Positions 19,144 through 30,166 are shown, counted from the first letter of the whole stretch. The stretch: 63,498 bases of DNA, filler included, from 7 parts of 7 records of this genome joined end to end with filler, not necessarily neighbours in it, one strand, 5' to 3'. Notes: generated from the letters alone by a model not told the origin. Translations and numbers: made by a program.

Positions 19144-19145
19144 CC

Positions 19146-20717
19146 TTAAGATTTAAAGACTTTTCCCATTACCCCGTATAAGCTAAGTCGTAGTTTCATA
19201 TTTTGCAGTTTATCCAGTTCTGCATAACATTTACCAATATATTCTTCCAGGTAATTCCCTGCAGTTTCTACGGTTTCGAAATCCTTAAAACTTTCGGCAA
19301 GAATATTTAAATCGCCGGTTTTTAATATAGTAGAAAAATTAGGAGTTTCACCATTCATATTTTGGTTCAACAAGGAAAGAAGAAATGGAAAATCGAATGC
19401 ATGTTTCAGCTCGTTTTCTTCATGGAATTCATTCAAATCATCCCTAATCTGGTATGCAATTCCAAACCACTCTGAAAACTTCTCCAAAACCGCTAGTTCG
19501 CTATCGGGAGCATTTCCTGCAATTGCCCCCATCAACAAGGCTACTTTTACCGCTTCTCCTGTTTTTTGCTCAAAAATCTCCAACACATCTTCCACTGTTT
19601 TTTCTTCCAGATTTTGAGTTAATAAAATATCAGCACCTTGCCCTTCAGAAAGTTTTAAATGCGAAGAAGCAACCACTTTTAAACATTTTGCCTGAACCTG
19701 GTCATTGCATGGTGCCGCAGATAAAAGCTGGTATCCTTTTCCGATAAGATAATCGCCAATATTTATGGCAACCGGAATACCTGCCGATTTATGCAAAGCC
19801 GGTTGTTCGTAACGAAAATCTTCGTTATCCTGAATATCGTCGTGAACCAGTGAAGCTTTATGAAAACATTCTATTACTATTGCTAATATAGATTGAATTT
19901 CTTCTGAAATTGTTTCGGCATAAGATTGATAAGCAATTGTTGACAGTAACGGGCGCATTCTTTGTCCACCCAACATCATAGTTTGTAATGCCAGTTTTTC
20001 AGTTTCGGTTTCTCTGGAAAAATAAGTTTTCAGGATTTCTTCTGAAAAATAATCTTCTACCTGGTTTTTAATAAGCGAAATTGAAAGCGGCTGAATATCT
20101 TTATTTTCTGAAATTTGTTCCATTTCTGAAAAAAGCCAGTCGTAATCGAGCGATGTATTAACGCAACCATCGTAAAGTAAAGGCAGTCCGATTACCGGAA
20201 CTGCTGCGCGACTTACCGGTTCAAACGAATTTTGCAAAACCGGCATACAACTCACACCAATTACTGCATCAATCGATCCCTCTTCTACCAAACCAATTGC
20301 AACTGTTGTTCCCTCGGCGACTAAAGTAGAATATCCTAATTCTTCAGCTTTCGCCAGGATATCATCAATCTGGCAACCTTTACAACCACCACAAATTAAT
20401 CCCAACTCATCAAAAACACCTTTACATTTAAGGTTATTTTTTAAACATTGTGGCAAAAGCAGCAATCGCCTGTGAAAAGGAGTTGCAGTTACAACCTCGC
20501 GCCAAATTTCATTGCCCATTAAAACCAGAGTGAAATCGAGGTACTCTTCATCCATACTCAAACGACTCAGCACAATACCCGACTGACTTTCAAGCACTTC
20601 AAAGTCGAGCGGTGGGCGAATTTCATTTTCAGAAACAAATAGAGCCACCTCCTTCCGTAATATTTCACGGATTTTTCTCTCTTTCGGAACTTTTAATATG
20701 CGTTTCTTTTTTGTCAT
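19146..20717 (-). CDS. DUF116-like Cys-rich domain fused to a polyprenyl diphosphate synthase
   Basis: RRLLLLPQCL..CGGCKGC..VIGVSC N-half; GGQRMRP, FHKASLVHDDIQD, EGQGAD, KTG, AYQIRDD C-half. Confidence 0.85.
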   Translation of the reverse strand: MTKKKRILKVPKERKIREILRKEVALFVSENEIRPPLDFEVLESQSGIVLSRLSMDEEYLDFTLVLMGNEIWREVVTATPFHRRLLLLPQCLKNNLKCKGVFDELGLICGGCKGCQIDDILAKAEELGYSTLVAEGTTVAIGLVEEGSIDAVIGVSCMPVLQNSFEPVSRAAVPVIGLPLLYDGCVNTSLDYDWLFSEMEQISENKDIQPLSISLIKNQVEDYFSEEILKTYFSRETETEKLALQTMMLGGQRMRPLLSTIAYQSYAETISEEIQSILAIVIECFHKASLVHDDIQDNEDFRYEQPALHKSAGIPVAINIGDYLIGKGYQLLSAAPCNDQVQAKCLKVVASSHLKLSEGQGADILLTQNLEEKTVEDVLEIFEQKTGEAVKVALLMGAIAGNAPDSELAVLEKFSEWFGIAYQIRDDLNEFHEENELKHAFDFPFLLSLLNQNMNGETPNFSTILKTGDLNILAESFKDFETVETAGNYLEEYIGKCYAELDKLQNMKLRLSLYGVMGKVFKS

Positions 20718-20720
20718 ATT

Positions 20721-20820
20721 NNNNNNNNNNNNNNNNNNNNNNNNNNNNNNNNNNNNNNNNNNNNTTAATTAATTAANNNNNNNNNNNNNNNNNNNNNNNN
20801 NNNNNNNNNNNNNNNNNNNN
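20721..20820. other. Artificial contig linker
   Basis: N-TTAATTAATTAA-N. Confidence 0.98.
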
Positions 20821-21716
20821 TGAATTGGATATTCCACACCCGACCATTTTTGAAAATTATAATCGAGATAAAGCGCATACTTATTTTTATTTTCGATACC
20901 CAGTCCAACGCCGAAAATATGAGGCACTTTTAAATATTCACTATCAAACTCTTCGCCTTGCACCAGCGAATAACTTTCATCGTAAACATTTAAAATATGA
21001 TTTGATTTTAAATTTTGCTGATTACTATACGTTACTCCAAGAGTATACTCAGAATTCTTTTTCTGAATTGCATATTGCAATCCGTATTCAAAATAGAAGC
21101 TTTTCAGAAAATCCTGACGAACTACCTGAAACTGTGGAACAATATCGGTTTGAACCACATTTTCGTTTTGTGTTAACGAGCCAAACAAAAATGAGGTATT
21201 AATTCCCAGCGATAAATTTTTCCCCAGTTTTACTGCGTTTCCAAAATAAAACTGTGTTATACCGCCACTTCCTTCGTAAACCGATGTATACGTATCACTC
21301 AATCCTTCAATATAATTCTCCTTGCTTATTGTATATCCCACACTGCTAAACGGAATAACACCCAGCGAGCCGGCAAGCCAGTCGGTATAACGAAATCCCA
21401 GGGCCATATAATTAAAGTTACCGGTAAACCCTGTGTTCGATTTTCCCGATGTACTTAAATTGTACAGTTTGCCTTCTACCCCGAATTCAAAAATTATTCG
21501 CTGACTGTCTAACGCGGTGTACGATGCCGGATTAATGCTATTCAGGTTATTCCCCGATTTCATTGCAATACCCGCTCCTCCCATTGCTTCACTTCTCCCA
21601 AATCCTTTTCGCTGCAATTCTCCCGGCCCGAAAATAGAATATGGCGAAACCGTATTTTGTCCAGAAAGTGAAATTCCGAATGTTATTGCAAAAAGGAATA
21701 TTAATAATTTTCTCAT
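20821..21716 (-). CDS. Outer-membrane beta-barrel protein, FadL-like (3' truncated)
   Basis: Signal peptide, SPYSIFGPG, AMGGAG, NPASY, PFSSVGY, GSGGI. Confidence 0.7.
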
Positions 21717-21756
21717 CTGTTTTCTGACTTAATGTATTGTATAAGTTTCGGAATTT

Positions 21757-23076
21757 CTAGTTGTAAAAAATGAAATATAATTTTAGCATTGGCCGATACG
21801 ACTCATTGCTTCTGGTATCAAAAATTAACCGTTCGGCCGAACTTTTAAAGTTATCGTCGGCTAAGCAAATAATTAGTCCATTTTCAGGGTCAAAATAGCC
21901 ATCGCTAAGTTCATCTTTTAAAAAATCGGTTATATCAAAAGTATACTGTGTATTTTTATGATATAGTTCATCTTCATAAAAATCGGCATAAACTGTTGCA
22001 TCGTTATCGTCCTGTATTTCAGAAACAAGCCGGTTATACTTGTCGGTGGTGTACAGCATTATTTCTTTCGGAAATCCAACTTGTGTTTCACTAAATGGGT
22101 ACGGTTTCAGGATAAGTTCTGCCCGGTAGAGAATATTTCTGTAATCGAGTTCCATTATGCGGTTCAATTCCGAAAAATCGACCCGGGTAACTAGTCCCGC
22201 CCCACCTTGCAAAAAAGCCATATCTCCGGTTTCTGAAGACGAGAGTTCAGTTTTTTGCGTTTCAAGGTTTTCAATTTCAGTCCCTGAACGATTTGCATTA
22301 ACACTGTTAAAACAAGTTGTGGCATCATACATCGAAAAGGAATACGAAGTTTCGGTACGAGTTTGCCCCGACAAATGAGTATATAAATTAAGCGAAACCA
22401 ACGAATCAACATTTTCGAACCCAATAATTGATGCATCTTCGTTTCCGGGAACTAGTGCAATTCCTTTAAAATAATCGATAAAATCTTCCGATGATGAAAT
22501 TTCATCGGCATTATCTTTCATCATTTGCATCAACAATTCTCCAAACGAATTATCGAGTTTAATTTCCAGTAAATCATCTTCGTTTGGTTCGGGAATAAAA
22601 CATTTACTCCCCAATGGAATTTCATCGTATCTAAATGTCGAGGTATTATATATGTAAGAATCGTCTGTTGCTTCTATTTCTTCTAACACTTCATGAACAT
22701 TTATGGATTGTTGCTTTAATGTATCTCCGTATGCCATTCCATTGTAATGCACAACCAATGTTAATGAGTCGAAAACAGCATCGTCATCAATCCCTTCATT
22801 ATCGGGTATATCCATTTGAAAATACGGAGTGGAACTAATCTCGCCAAGAAAATCATCAGTATATCTTCCAAAAAGCAAGTTTGCAGGCGATGACGAAGCA
22901 AATGAGTCGATTAAAATCGTTGACAAATGTACTGAAAATGTATCGAGCAGTGAGATATGGGTTTGAGGCGAAATAAAATTTTCGCCGATAGTTACCGAAG
23001 CCAGATCATTTTCATCGGTACAAGAAAGCAAGTATATAACCAACGATACCAGCAATAAGGTTTTTCCTTTATTCAT
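21757..23076 (-). CDS. DUF4270-like lipoprotein
   Basis: Lipobox LLSC, GRYTDDFLG, FDSLTL, YGDT, FIDYFKGI. Confidence 0.7.
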   Translation of the reverse strand: MNKGKTLLLVSLVIYLLSCTDENDLASVTIGENFISPQTHISLLDTFSVHLSTILIDSFASSSPANLLFGRYTDDFLGEISSTPYFQMDIPDNEGIDDDAVFDSLTLVVHYNGMAYGDTLKQQSINVHEVLEEIEATDDSYIYNTSTFRYDEIPLGSKCFIPEPNEDDLLEIKLDNSFGELLMQMMKDNADEISSSEDFIDYFKGIALVPGNEDASIIGFENVDSLVSLNLYTHLSGQTRTETSYSFSMYDATTCFNSVNANRSGTEIENLETQKTELSSSETGDMAFLQGGAGLVTRVDFSELNRIMELDYRNILYRAELILKPYPFSETQVGFPKEIMLYTTDKYNRLVSEIQDDNDATVYADFYEDELYHKNTQYTFDITDFLKDELSDGYFDPENGLIICLADDNFKSSAERLIFDTRSNESYRPMLKLYFIFYN

Positions 23077-23382
23077 TTTCTGTTTTGAAGTATGTTTCAG
23101 GCATCAAAAGAAGAGAAGAAAAGTTTTACCGGAAAGAATTATATACCAATGCCGCAATTATATAGATAAAGCCTGATAATGAAACTCTTTTAATCTTTAT
23201 TAACGGAAATAAAATGCTGTTTTCACCCAAAATAAAGGCTAAAAAGATAAAAAGCAGCGGTTCATCTATACTTATTCCCGGATGGTCTAAATTCCTTTTT
23301 TCTGAATGTTCAGACAGATACGTTTGCGTAGATATTTATTGAAAAACAAGCAAAAAACATTAGTAATTATAAAGAAACAGTC

Positions 23383-24390
23383 ATGAAAATTAATCATTCT
23401 ATTTTATTGCTTTTTTCCTTTTCCCTGCTTATTACATCATGTAATTCCGACGATGATGAAGATTTAATGGGGAACTGGTGGGAGTTGTCGGGTTTAGACG
23501 GAGTTTCCAGAAGCGATGCCGTTGGGTTTGTTATCGACTCGAAAGCATATATTGGTACCGGCTACGATGGAGAAGACCAGTTAAACGATTTTTGGGAGTA
23601 TAATCCGGAAACCAATAACTGGACTCAAAAAGCAGATTTCCCCGGTGTTGCCAGAAACGGCGCAATTGGAATGGCTATTGAAAACAAAGGTTATATAGGT
23701 ACCGGATTTGACAGTGAAAACGAACTTAACGATTTTTGGGAATATGCCCCGGAAACCAATACATGGGAAAGAAAAGCCGATTTTATAGGTGCTCCAAGAT
23801 ATGGTGCAACCGCTTTTGCAATAGACGACAAAGGATATGTTGGCACCGGTTACGACGATATTTATTACAAAGATTTCTATTCATACTCTCCGGCAACCGA
23901 TACATGGACAGCAATTAACAGTATTGGTGGTTCAAAACGTCGCGATGCTGCATCGTTTGTTATCAACGGAAAAGGTTATTTAGTATCGGGACTCGACAAC
24001 GGAGCCTACGAAAATGATCTTTGGGAATACGATCCGTCAACGGGTGTATGGACCGAAAAACGAAATATTTCGAATGCCACCGATTATAAATACGACAACG
24101 ATTACACAACAATCCAACGTATGGACGCTTCTGCATTTACCATTAACGGAAAAGGCTATATTACCTGCGGAAGTACCGGCTCGCTAATTAGTAATGTTTG
24201 GGAATACGACCCGTTAAATGATTTATGGGAAGAAAAAACAGCTTTTGAAGGAACAGCGCGAACACAAGCTGTTGGTTTTAGTGTTGGTTCGAAAGGATAT
24301 GTAGTTACCGGAAGAAGCTCAAGTTATTATTTATACGACCTTTTTTGTTTTGATCCGAATCAGGAATACGACGACAATGAAAATGACTAA
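23383..24390 (+). CDS. Kelch-repeat beta-propeller lipoprotein
   Basis: ITSC lipobox; about six R..A..F.I..KGYxGTG..DFWEY.P..W repeats. Confidence 0.88.
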   Translation: MKINHSILLLFSFSLLITSCNSDDDEDLMGNWWELSGLDGVSRSDAVGFVIDSKAYIGTGYDGEDQLNDFWEYNPETNNWTQKADFPGVARNGAIGMAIENKGYIGTGFDSENELNDFWEYAPETNTWERKADFIGAPRYGATAFAIDDKGYVGTGYDDIYYKDFYSYSPATDTWTAINSIGGSKRRDAASFVINGKGYLVSGLDNGAYENDLWEYDPSTGVWTEKRNISNATDYKYDNDYTTIQRMDASAFTINGKGYITCGSTGSLISNVWEYDPLNDLWEEKTAFEGTARTQAVGFSVGSKGYVVTGRSSSYYLYDLFCFDPNQEYDDNEND

Positions 24391-24721
24391 AAAAATATTG
24401 CTTCTTTCTGCTCATTCGTTCGTGGTTGTTTTGGTTCTTTTTATCATTAAGCTGGAAACCAAAAAATCGAATATTCATTCCACAGAACAGTTTAAAGTTG
24501 AAACATTTATAACTACTGATGGCGGATGGGGTTACCATATTTATGCCGGAGAAAAAAGGATAATTACACAAAATGTTATTCCTGCCATTCAAAAAACGAT
24601 TTCATTTCAAACAAAAAACGATGCTGAGAAAGCGGGAAACCTGGTAGTTTCGAAATTAAAAAAGAATAAACTACCCACACTAAAAACAGAAGAATTAGAA
24701 TTGTTGCAGATTGCTATTTAA
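24383..24721 (+). CDS. DUF4907-like protein
   Basis: GWGYHIY..IITQNVIPAI..FQTKNDAEKAGNLVVSKL..PT. Confidence 0.7.
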   Translation: MTKKILLLSAHSFVVVLVLFIIKLETKKSNIHSTEQFKVETFITTDGGWGYHIYAGEKRIITQNVIPAIQKTISFQTKNDAEKAGNLVVSKLKKNKLPTLKTEELELLQIAI

Positions 24722-25019
24722 CAACCAGTAAGTACAACAACAACAGAATTGCCGGAATAAAACCAAGCACAGATAATTGCCTCGCCTTTTGTCTGTGCTT
24801 TTCTTTTTCGGTAGCCAGATAAAATATTCCAAAGGGTAAAATAGCAATAAAAAAAACAGTGCCCAGGAAATTAAAAAACTCGTTTTTTGTAAAAAGTAAT
24901 TTGAACGAATTTGTATCTCCGTAAAAGTACCAGACTGCCAGCGCCAATACAACAGAAACCAAAAAAAGCATAAGCTTAAAAAACGGGCAATTGCATTTAT
25001 CTGTATTCATTTTTTTCAT
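24714..25019 (-). CDS. Hypothetical membrane protein
   Basis: Three hydrophobic segments; last gene of the minus-strand operon. Confidence 0.55.
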   Translation of the reverse strand: MKKMNTDKCNCPFFKLMLFLVSVVLALAVWYFYGDTNSFKLLFTKNEFFNFLGTVFFIAILPFGIFYLATEKEKHRQKARQLSVLGFIPAILLLLYLLVVK

Positions 25020-25046
25020 ATTTGTTTTTACCTGAAATTAACAAAA

Positions 25047-25853
25047 TTAATCTCCATTCTTTTGTATTATTATGGATTTCGCAGTAGAAGAAAAAGCCGA
25101 GAAATACCCCAGCGCGCCATTTGTAAAATTTGGATTTGGATTTGCCGGTGCAGCAGTTCCTGCTGAACCATCGCCAATAATTTCAGAAACAGCATCTAAA
25201 TAATTATAGGCAGCCTCATCGAGCGAAATTAGCTGATACCGAATTGTATCACCAACATTATATAACTTTCTGTAAATCCTTACTTCTACAAATTTACCGT
25301 CGGTATTCTTATCTTCAAAAAGTATTAAATCGTCGGAATCATCTTCCGGTTTATTATTTACAAAAATTCGTAATCGGTAAAAATTACGGGTTTCCGCCGG
25401 ATCGTGAAAATACAAATAAACATTATAACCGGTTTCAAACAACGAATTATCGGTATAAACTACCGAAAGGGAATCGATATCTACAGGCTCATTCAATCTG
25501 GAAACAGACTCATATATTTCATTTTCGTACTCTACCCGAAGTTTGTATTCTAATCTGGTAATTGAAAAAAAACTATCATGTTTATAATAACCATTTTGCT
25601 TTTCATCCAATTGAAAAATGCGCCCTTTATCGTCGGAAATGGTAACTGTTGCGCCCGAAATAATTTGCTCAGGCATGTCATCGAAATAACTTTTGGTTTT
25701 CGAAATTTTAACTTCAGCTGAATTAACTTTTTCCGAAAGCGAACCTTCTATTACAATTACCGGATTTGTTTCATTCAAATCGACATCAATAATTTTTTCG
25801 CAACCCAAAAGCAGCAAAACAAACAGAATTAATATGAAATTGTTTTTAGTCAT
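25047..25853 (-). CDS. DUF4249-like lipoprotein
   Basis: LLGCEKIIDVDL, VIEG, ANP..NF.NGALGYFSA; follows a TonB receptor. Confidence 0.8.
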   Translation of the reverse strand: MTKNNFILILFVLLLLGCEKIIDVDLNETNPVIVIEGSLSEKVNSAEVKISKTKSYFDDMPEQIISGATVTISDDKGRIFQLDEKQNGYYKHDSFFSITRLEYKLRVEYENEIYESVSRLNEPVDIDSLSVVYTDNSLFETGYNVYLYFHDPAETRNFYRLRIFVNNKPEDDSDDLILFEDKNTDGKFVEVRIYRKLYNVGDTIRYQLISLDEAAYNYLDAVSEIIGDGSAGTAAPANPNPNFTNGALGYFSAFSSTAKSIIIQKNGD

Positions 25854-25905
25854 TGTTTATTGGGCTGTGCGCTTTGGGCTTTGGGCTTTGCGTATTCATT
25901 TTGTT

Positions 25906-28227
25906 TTAAAATTTAAATTTATAACTAACCGAAGGAATTATTTTAAACAACGAAACCTGCACAGCTTCTGTTTCGCCCTGATTTTTTTCACTTTCCCTGA
26001 AATCGATATAATATGCATTTTCGCGTGCATACGCATTGTATATGGAAAAATTCCAGGCCGATTCGAATTTTTCTGTTTTTTTACGTTGCCAGGTTAATCC
26101 AATATCCAACCGGTGATAATCGGGCATTCGGTATCCGTTTCGTTCGGTGTAATATTCTACAATCTGGTTTTCAATTTCGTATCGCCCACTTGGGAAAGTA
26201 ACCGCATTTCCGGTATAAAATACCCAGGTAGCCGACAATTTAAGTTTTTCAGTTAAATCGTACATCCCTACAATTGAAAAATCGTGTGTCCGATCGTGCC
26301 TTGCGGGATACGGATTTCCGTTATTTATTTCATCGAACTGCCGCATTGTTTTCGACCACGTATAACTCAGCCATCCATTTAACCGGCCATAATTTCGTTT
26401 AACCATAAACTCTGCTCCATACGCCCAGCCTCTTCCAAAAACCAATTCGGCTTCCACCGTAGAATTAAAAACCAAATTAGCCCCGTTTTTATAATCGATT
26501 TGATTTTGAAGATCTTTATAATATAATTCTACTGATGATTCAAATTCGTTATTACTAAAATTTCTGAAATAGCCCACAGACACCTGATCGGAGATTTGAG
26601 GCTTTACATTGTCGCTGCTGGGCAACCATAAATCGGTGGGTGTAGTTGTGGTTGAATTCGATAACAAATGCAAAAACTGATACATGCGATTATACGATGT
26701 TTTTACCGAACTTTTTTTGTTGAACAAATAGGTAAAACTAACACGTGGTTCAATTCCGCCTTGTGTTTTTACAAATTCAAACGACTCCTTTTCTGTTGTA
26801 TTCAGCAACTCCCCGTTTTCATCGAATTCATAAAATTCTCCCGGACCAATATTGCTAAAAAGTGCCAGTCGCACTCCATAATACATTTTCAGTTTTTCAG
26901 AAATACTTTGATTATTTGAGAGATACCCCGCCCATTCAATTGCTTTTCGTTTTGAAATTTCACGCGGTCTGTAAATTGAACCTTCAGGTACGGTAATCTC
27001 TCCGGGTAATACATTGTGATATATTACATTCCCACCAAATTTCATGGTGTTTTTTGAATTTAAATAATATGAAAAATCCTGCTTCAGATTCCAATCGTTA
27101 ATCTCCGATCGAATATTTATATCGATATCGCTAAGCACATTTATTTCATACGAATAGTTGCTTAATATTAACGAAGTATTTGAAAACAATTTCCCGCTAA
27201 AGTTATGGTTCCAACGGAGGGTTCCGGTTTTGTTCCCCCAGTCGAATCCGAACTGATCGGAGAAGCTAAATTTATCGCGACCAAAATAACCCGATAAATA
27301 AATACGGTTCTTTTCGTTTATCTTATAATTGGTTTTGAGGTTCAGATCGTAAAAATACAAACCTGATTTTTTTAGCTCCTCATCGTTCGAAAAAACAAGA
27401 AACATATCGGCATAAGTTCTCCGGCCACTAATTATAAACGAACTTTTATCTTTTATAACCGGACCTTCAAAAGTAAGGTTCGAAGAAATTAATCCAACAT
27501 TTCCGTTTACACTGTACTTTTTCAGGTTCCCCTCTTTCATTTTAATATCGAAAACCGAAGATGCCCGTCCCCCAAATTCTGCAGGAATTGTTCCCTTTAA
27601 AAGATTTGCATTTTTCAACGATGCTGAATTAAAAACTGAAAAAAAGCCCATTAGATGCGATGCATTATATACCGGAGCCTCATCGAGTAAAATTAAATTC
27701 TGATCGATTCCGCCTCCACGAACATAAAATCCCGAGTTTCCCTCTCCGGCTGGTTTTACTCCCGGAGTTAACTGAATGGTTTTAAATACATCGTGTTCAC
27801 CAAAAATTACCGGAATGCTTTCAATTTGTTTGGGCTGCATTTTTACATTCCCCATTTCTACCGATGAAATATTCCTGTCGGCACGAATACCGGTTACCAT
27901 AATATTTTCTACCTCGTAACTTTTTTCTTCCAGGTTAATATGAAATATGGTATCGTTCACCAGATTAACAGCGACAGTTTGTGGATTATACCCTACATAC
28001 CGAAATTGTATTTTATGAATTCCTTTGGGAAGAGAAATCGAATAAAATCCATATCCATTAGAGATTGTTCCTGTATTTTCCAGTTCCTGTACAAAAATAG
28101 TAGCACCAATTAAATCTTCGCCCGACGAGGCATCTTTTACCGTCCCGCTCACTACAAAATTTTCCTGAGCAAAACCCAAAAAAACGGATATGGAAAGCAG
28201 CAGAATTAATACAGGTTTTCTGAACAT
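25906..28227 (-). CDS. TonB-dependent receptor
   Basis: N-terminal SGTVKD..GEDLIGA domain; plug YVRGGGIDQNLILLD, FGGRASSV; C-terminal YKFKF. Confidence 0.92.
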   Translation of the reverse strand: MFRKPVLILLLSISVFLGFAQENFVVSGTVKDASSGEDLIGATIFVQELENTGTISNGYGFYSISLPKGIHKIQFRYVGYNPQTVAVNLVNDTIFHINLEEKSYEVENIMVTGIRADRNISSVEMGNVKMQPKQIESIPVIFGEHDVFKTIQLTPGVKPAGEGNSGFYVRGGGIDQNLILLDEAPVYNASHLMGFFSVFNSASLKNANLLKGTIPAEFGGRASSVFDIKMKEGNLKKYSVNGNVGLISSNLTFEGPVIKDKSSFIISGRRTYADMFLVFSNDEELKKSGLYFYDLNLKTNYKINEKNRIYLSGYFGRDKFSFSDQFGFDWGNKTGTLRWNHNFSGKLFSNTSLILSNYSYEINVLSDIDINIRSEINDWNLKQDFSYYLNSKNTMKFGGNVIYHNVLPGEITVPEGSIYRPREISKRKAIEWAGYLSNNQSISEKLKMYYGVRLALFSNIGPGEFYEFDENGELLNTTEKESFEFVKTQGGIEPRVSFTYLFNKKSSVKTSYNRMYQFLHLLSNSTTTTPTDLWLPSSDNVKPQISDQVSVGYFRNFSNNEFESSVELYYKDLQNQIDYKNGANLVFNSTVEAELVFGRGWAYGAEFMVKRNYGRLNGWLSYTWSKTMRQFDEINNGNPYPARHDRTHDFSIVGMYDLTEKLKLSATWVFYTGNAVTFPSGRYEIENQIVEYYTERNGYRMPDYHRLDIGLTWQRKKTEKFESAWNFSIYNAYARENAYYIDFRESEKNQGETEAVQVSLFKIIPSVSYKFKF

Positions 28228-28387
28228 TTTTAATCTTAATCCGCTAAAATTAAGAATATTTTCTGTGTTTTTATGTTCGATTACAGATTATTGACATTCA
28301 TTCAAAGATGCCCGATAATATTAAAATTATTCAGGTTTAAACAATTTTCTCAGCAGGTAAAAACTTCCTTTAATTTTCACTTACATT

Positions 28388-30166
28388 TTAATAAATATCT
28401 TGCTGAAAACGTTTTTCTTTTTTTAGTTTTTTAATGTACTTCATAGCATGCTCTTCGCTAATACCACCCTGTGTTTGAATAATTTCGAGCAACGTTTTAT
28501 TTACATCTTTTGCCATCTTTTTCATATCGCCACATAAATAGACCGAGGCTCCTTCTTCAATCCATTTATAAATTTCCTGTTGATTTTCCCATAATTTATG
28601 CTGAACATATACTTTCTCTTTCTGATCTCTGGAAAAAGCCACATCCATTTTTTCAAGCTGATTTGTTTCCATATAATTTTGCCAGTCGGTTTGATATAAA
28701 AAATCCGACTTAAAATTCCGGTCACCAAAAAACAACCACGAATTTCCTTTAATCCCCTTTTGTTCGCGATGTTGCAAAAAGGCCCGATATGGAGCAATTC
28801 CTGTGCCGGCTCCCACCATTATTATTTTCGATCCGTTTTGTGGGAGTTTAAATGATGGATTTTTATCGATATAAATAGGAATCCGATCATCCACATCAAT
28901 ATTTTCGGCCAAATACGAAGAACAAGCACCAAGGCGAAGTCTGTTTTTTCTTTCGTAACGAACAACAGAAACAATGGCGTGAACCTGGTTTCCTACGTGT
29001 TCCTGGCTCGACGAGATGGAGTACAACCGCGGGGGCATCGGCCTTAAAATTTCAACCAGTTTGCCGGCATTCCAATTGTAGGGAAAATCTTCCAGAAGAT
29101 CCAATAAATCGTGACCAAACAAATATTCATCGAGCAATTTTTCATTCTGAAGCATTTCGCCCAACTCCTGGTTTTTTGTTTTTTCGAAATATTTTTGAAG
29201 TAAATCGAAAGACAATACTGTTATTTCCAAATGAAAAGTTAGTGCTTCAAACAATGTAAATTCCTCTTCGTTTACATCTACTTTCTGTCCGCGGCTAAAA
29301 CCGGTAACATCAAAAATCCGGTCGATAAGTGAAGCTGGGTTTTTAGTAAATATACCTACTGAATCACCGGGCTCGTATGTAATTCCGGAATCATCGAGCG
29401 ACAATTCCAGGTGATAAACTTCTTTTTCAGAATCGTTACCAGTGATTTTTATTTTTTCAAGTATAGTTGCTTTATAAGGATTCTTTTTGGAATATGCTGA
29501 TTTTGCCTGTTCTTCATTATTTTCCTCTTCAGCTTGCTCATCTTTTTCTGCCGGTTTTAGATTTACCAATAAATTATTCATCCACACTTCAGCATCCATT
29601 TCGTAATCTACATCGCATTTTACAAGCGGAGTAATTCTAAAGCCACCAAGTTCTCGAATTGCTAAATCAATATTTTCTCCTGTCTGACAATAATTTTTAT
29701 ACGATTTATCGCCTAACGCCAATACTGAATAACTGAGGTTTTCCAGTCGGGTTGCATCTTCTTCGGTTATAAAATTATAGAATTCTTCAGCCATATCGGG
29801 TGGATCTCCTTCGCCATGGGTACTAACAATTACCGCCAGATTCTCTTCTTCCTGCAAACGTTCGGCATCAAAATCGTACATATTTACAACGTTGCTTTTT
29901 ACACCTTTGAAAGCAGCTTTTTCGGCCAGTTTATCGGCCAACGACTTTGCATTCCCCGTTTCGGTACCGTAAATTATGGTAAGGTTTGCTTCTGTTAAAG
30001 GAATTTCCTCTGTCTTATTCTGTATTCTGTTTCCGCTATCTGCTCCTGCAAATCGTCCTTCGAAATAGCCATCGAGCCAGATTAACTGTTCCTGAGTAAT
30101 ATCTTTTAACAAATCGTGCAAGGCCAATTGTTGTTTCTCCGACAAAGGATTTGACTTTATGCCCAT
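28388..30166 (-). CDS. cysJ: Sulfite reductase [NADPH] flavoprotein alpha subunit-like (diflavin reductase)
   Basis: YGTETGNA, STHGEGDPP, ALGDKSY, PRLYSISS, GAGTGIAPYR, YVQH, YLCGD, RFQQDIY. Confidence 0.88.
   Translation of the reverse strand: MGIKSNPLSEKQQLALHDLLKDITQEQLIWLDGYFEGRFAGADSGNRIQNKTEEIPLTEANLTIIYGTETGNAKSLADKLAEKAAFKGVKSNVVNMYDFDAERLQEEENLAVIVSTHGEGDPPDMAEEFYNFITEEDATRLENLSYSVLALGDKSYKNYCQTGENIDLAIRELGGFRITPLVKCDVDYEMDAEVWMNNLLVNLKPAEKDEQAEEENNEEQAKSAYSKKNPYKATILEKIKITGNDSEKEVYHLELSLDDSGITYEPGDSVGIFTKNPASLIDRIFDVTGFSRGQKVDVNEEEFTLFEALTFHLEITVLSFDLLQKYFEKTKNQELGEMLQNEKLLDEYLFGHDLLDLLEDFPYNWNAGKLVEILRPMPPRLYSISSSQEHVGNQVHAIVSVVRYERKNRLRLGACSSYLAENIDVDDRIPIYIDKNPSFKLPQNGSKIIMVGAGTGIAPYRAFLQHREQKGIKGNSWLFFGDRNFKSDFLYQTDWQNYMETNQLEKMDVAFSRDQKEKVYVQHKLWENQQEIYKWIEEGASVYLCGDMKKMAKDVNKTLLEIIQTQGGISEEHAMKYIKKLKKEKRFQQDIY

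Noticed and set aside
23383-24390. Periodic DNA repeats as a possible CRISPR array
   Set aside because: They are kelch protein repeats inside a CDS; no CRISPR array or cas gene was seen in the window.
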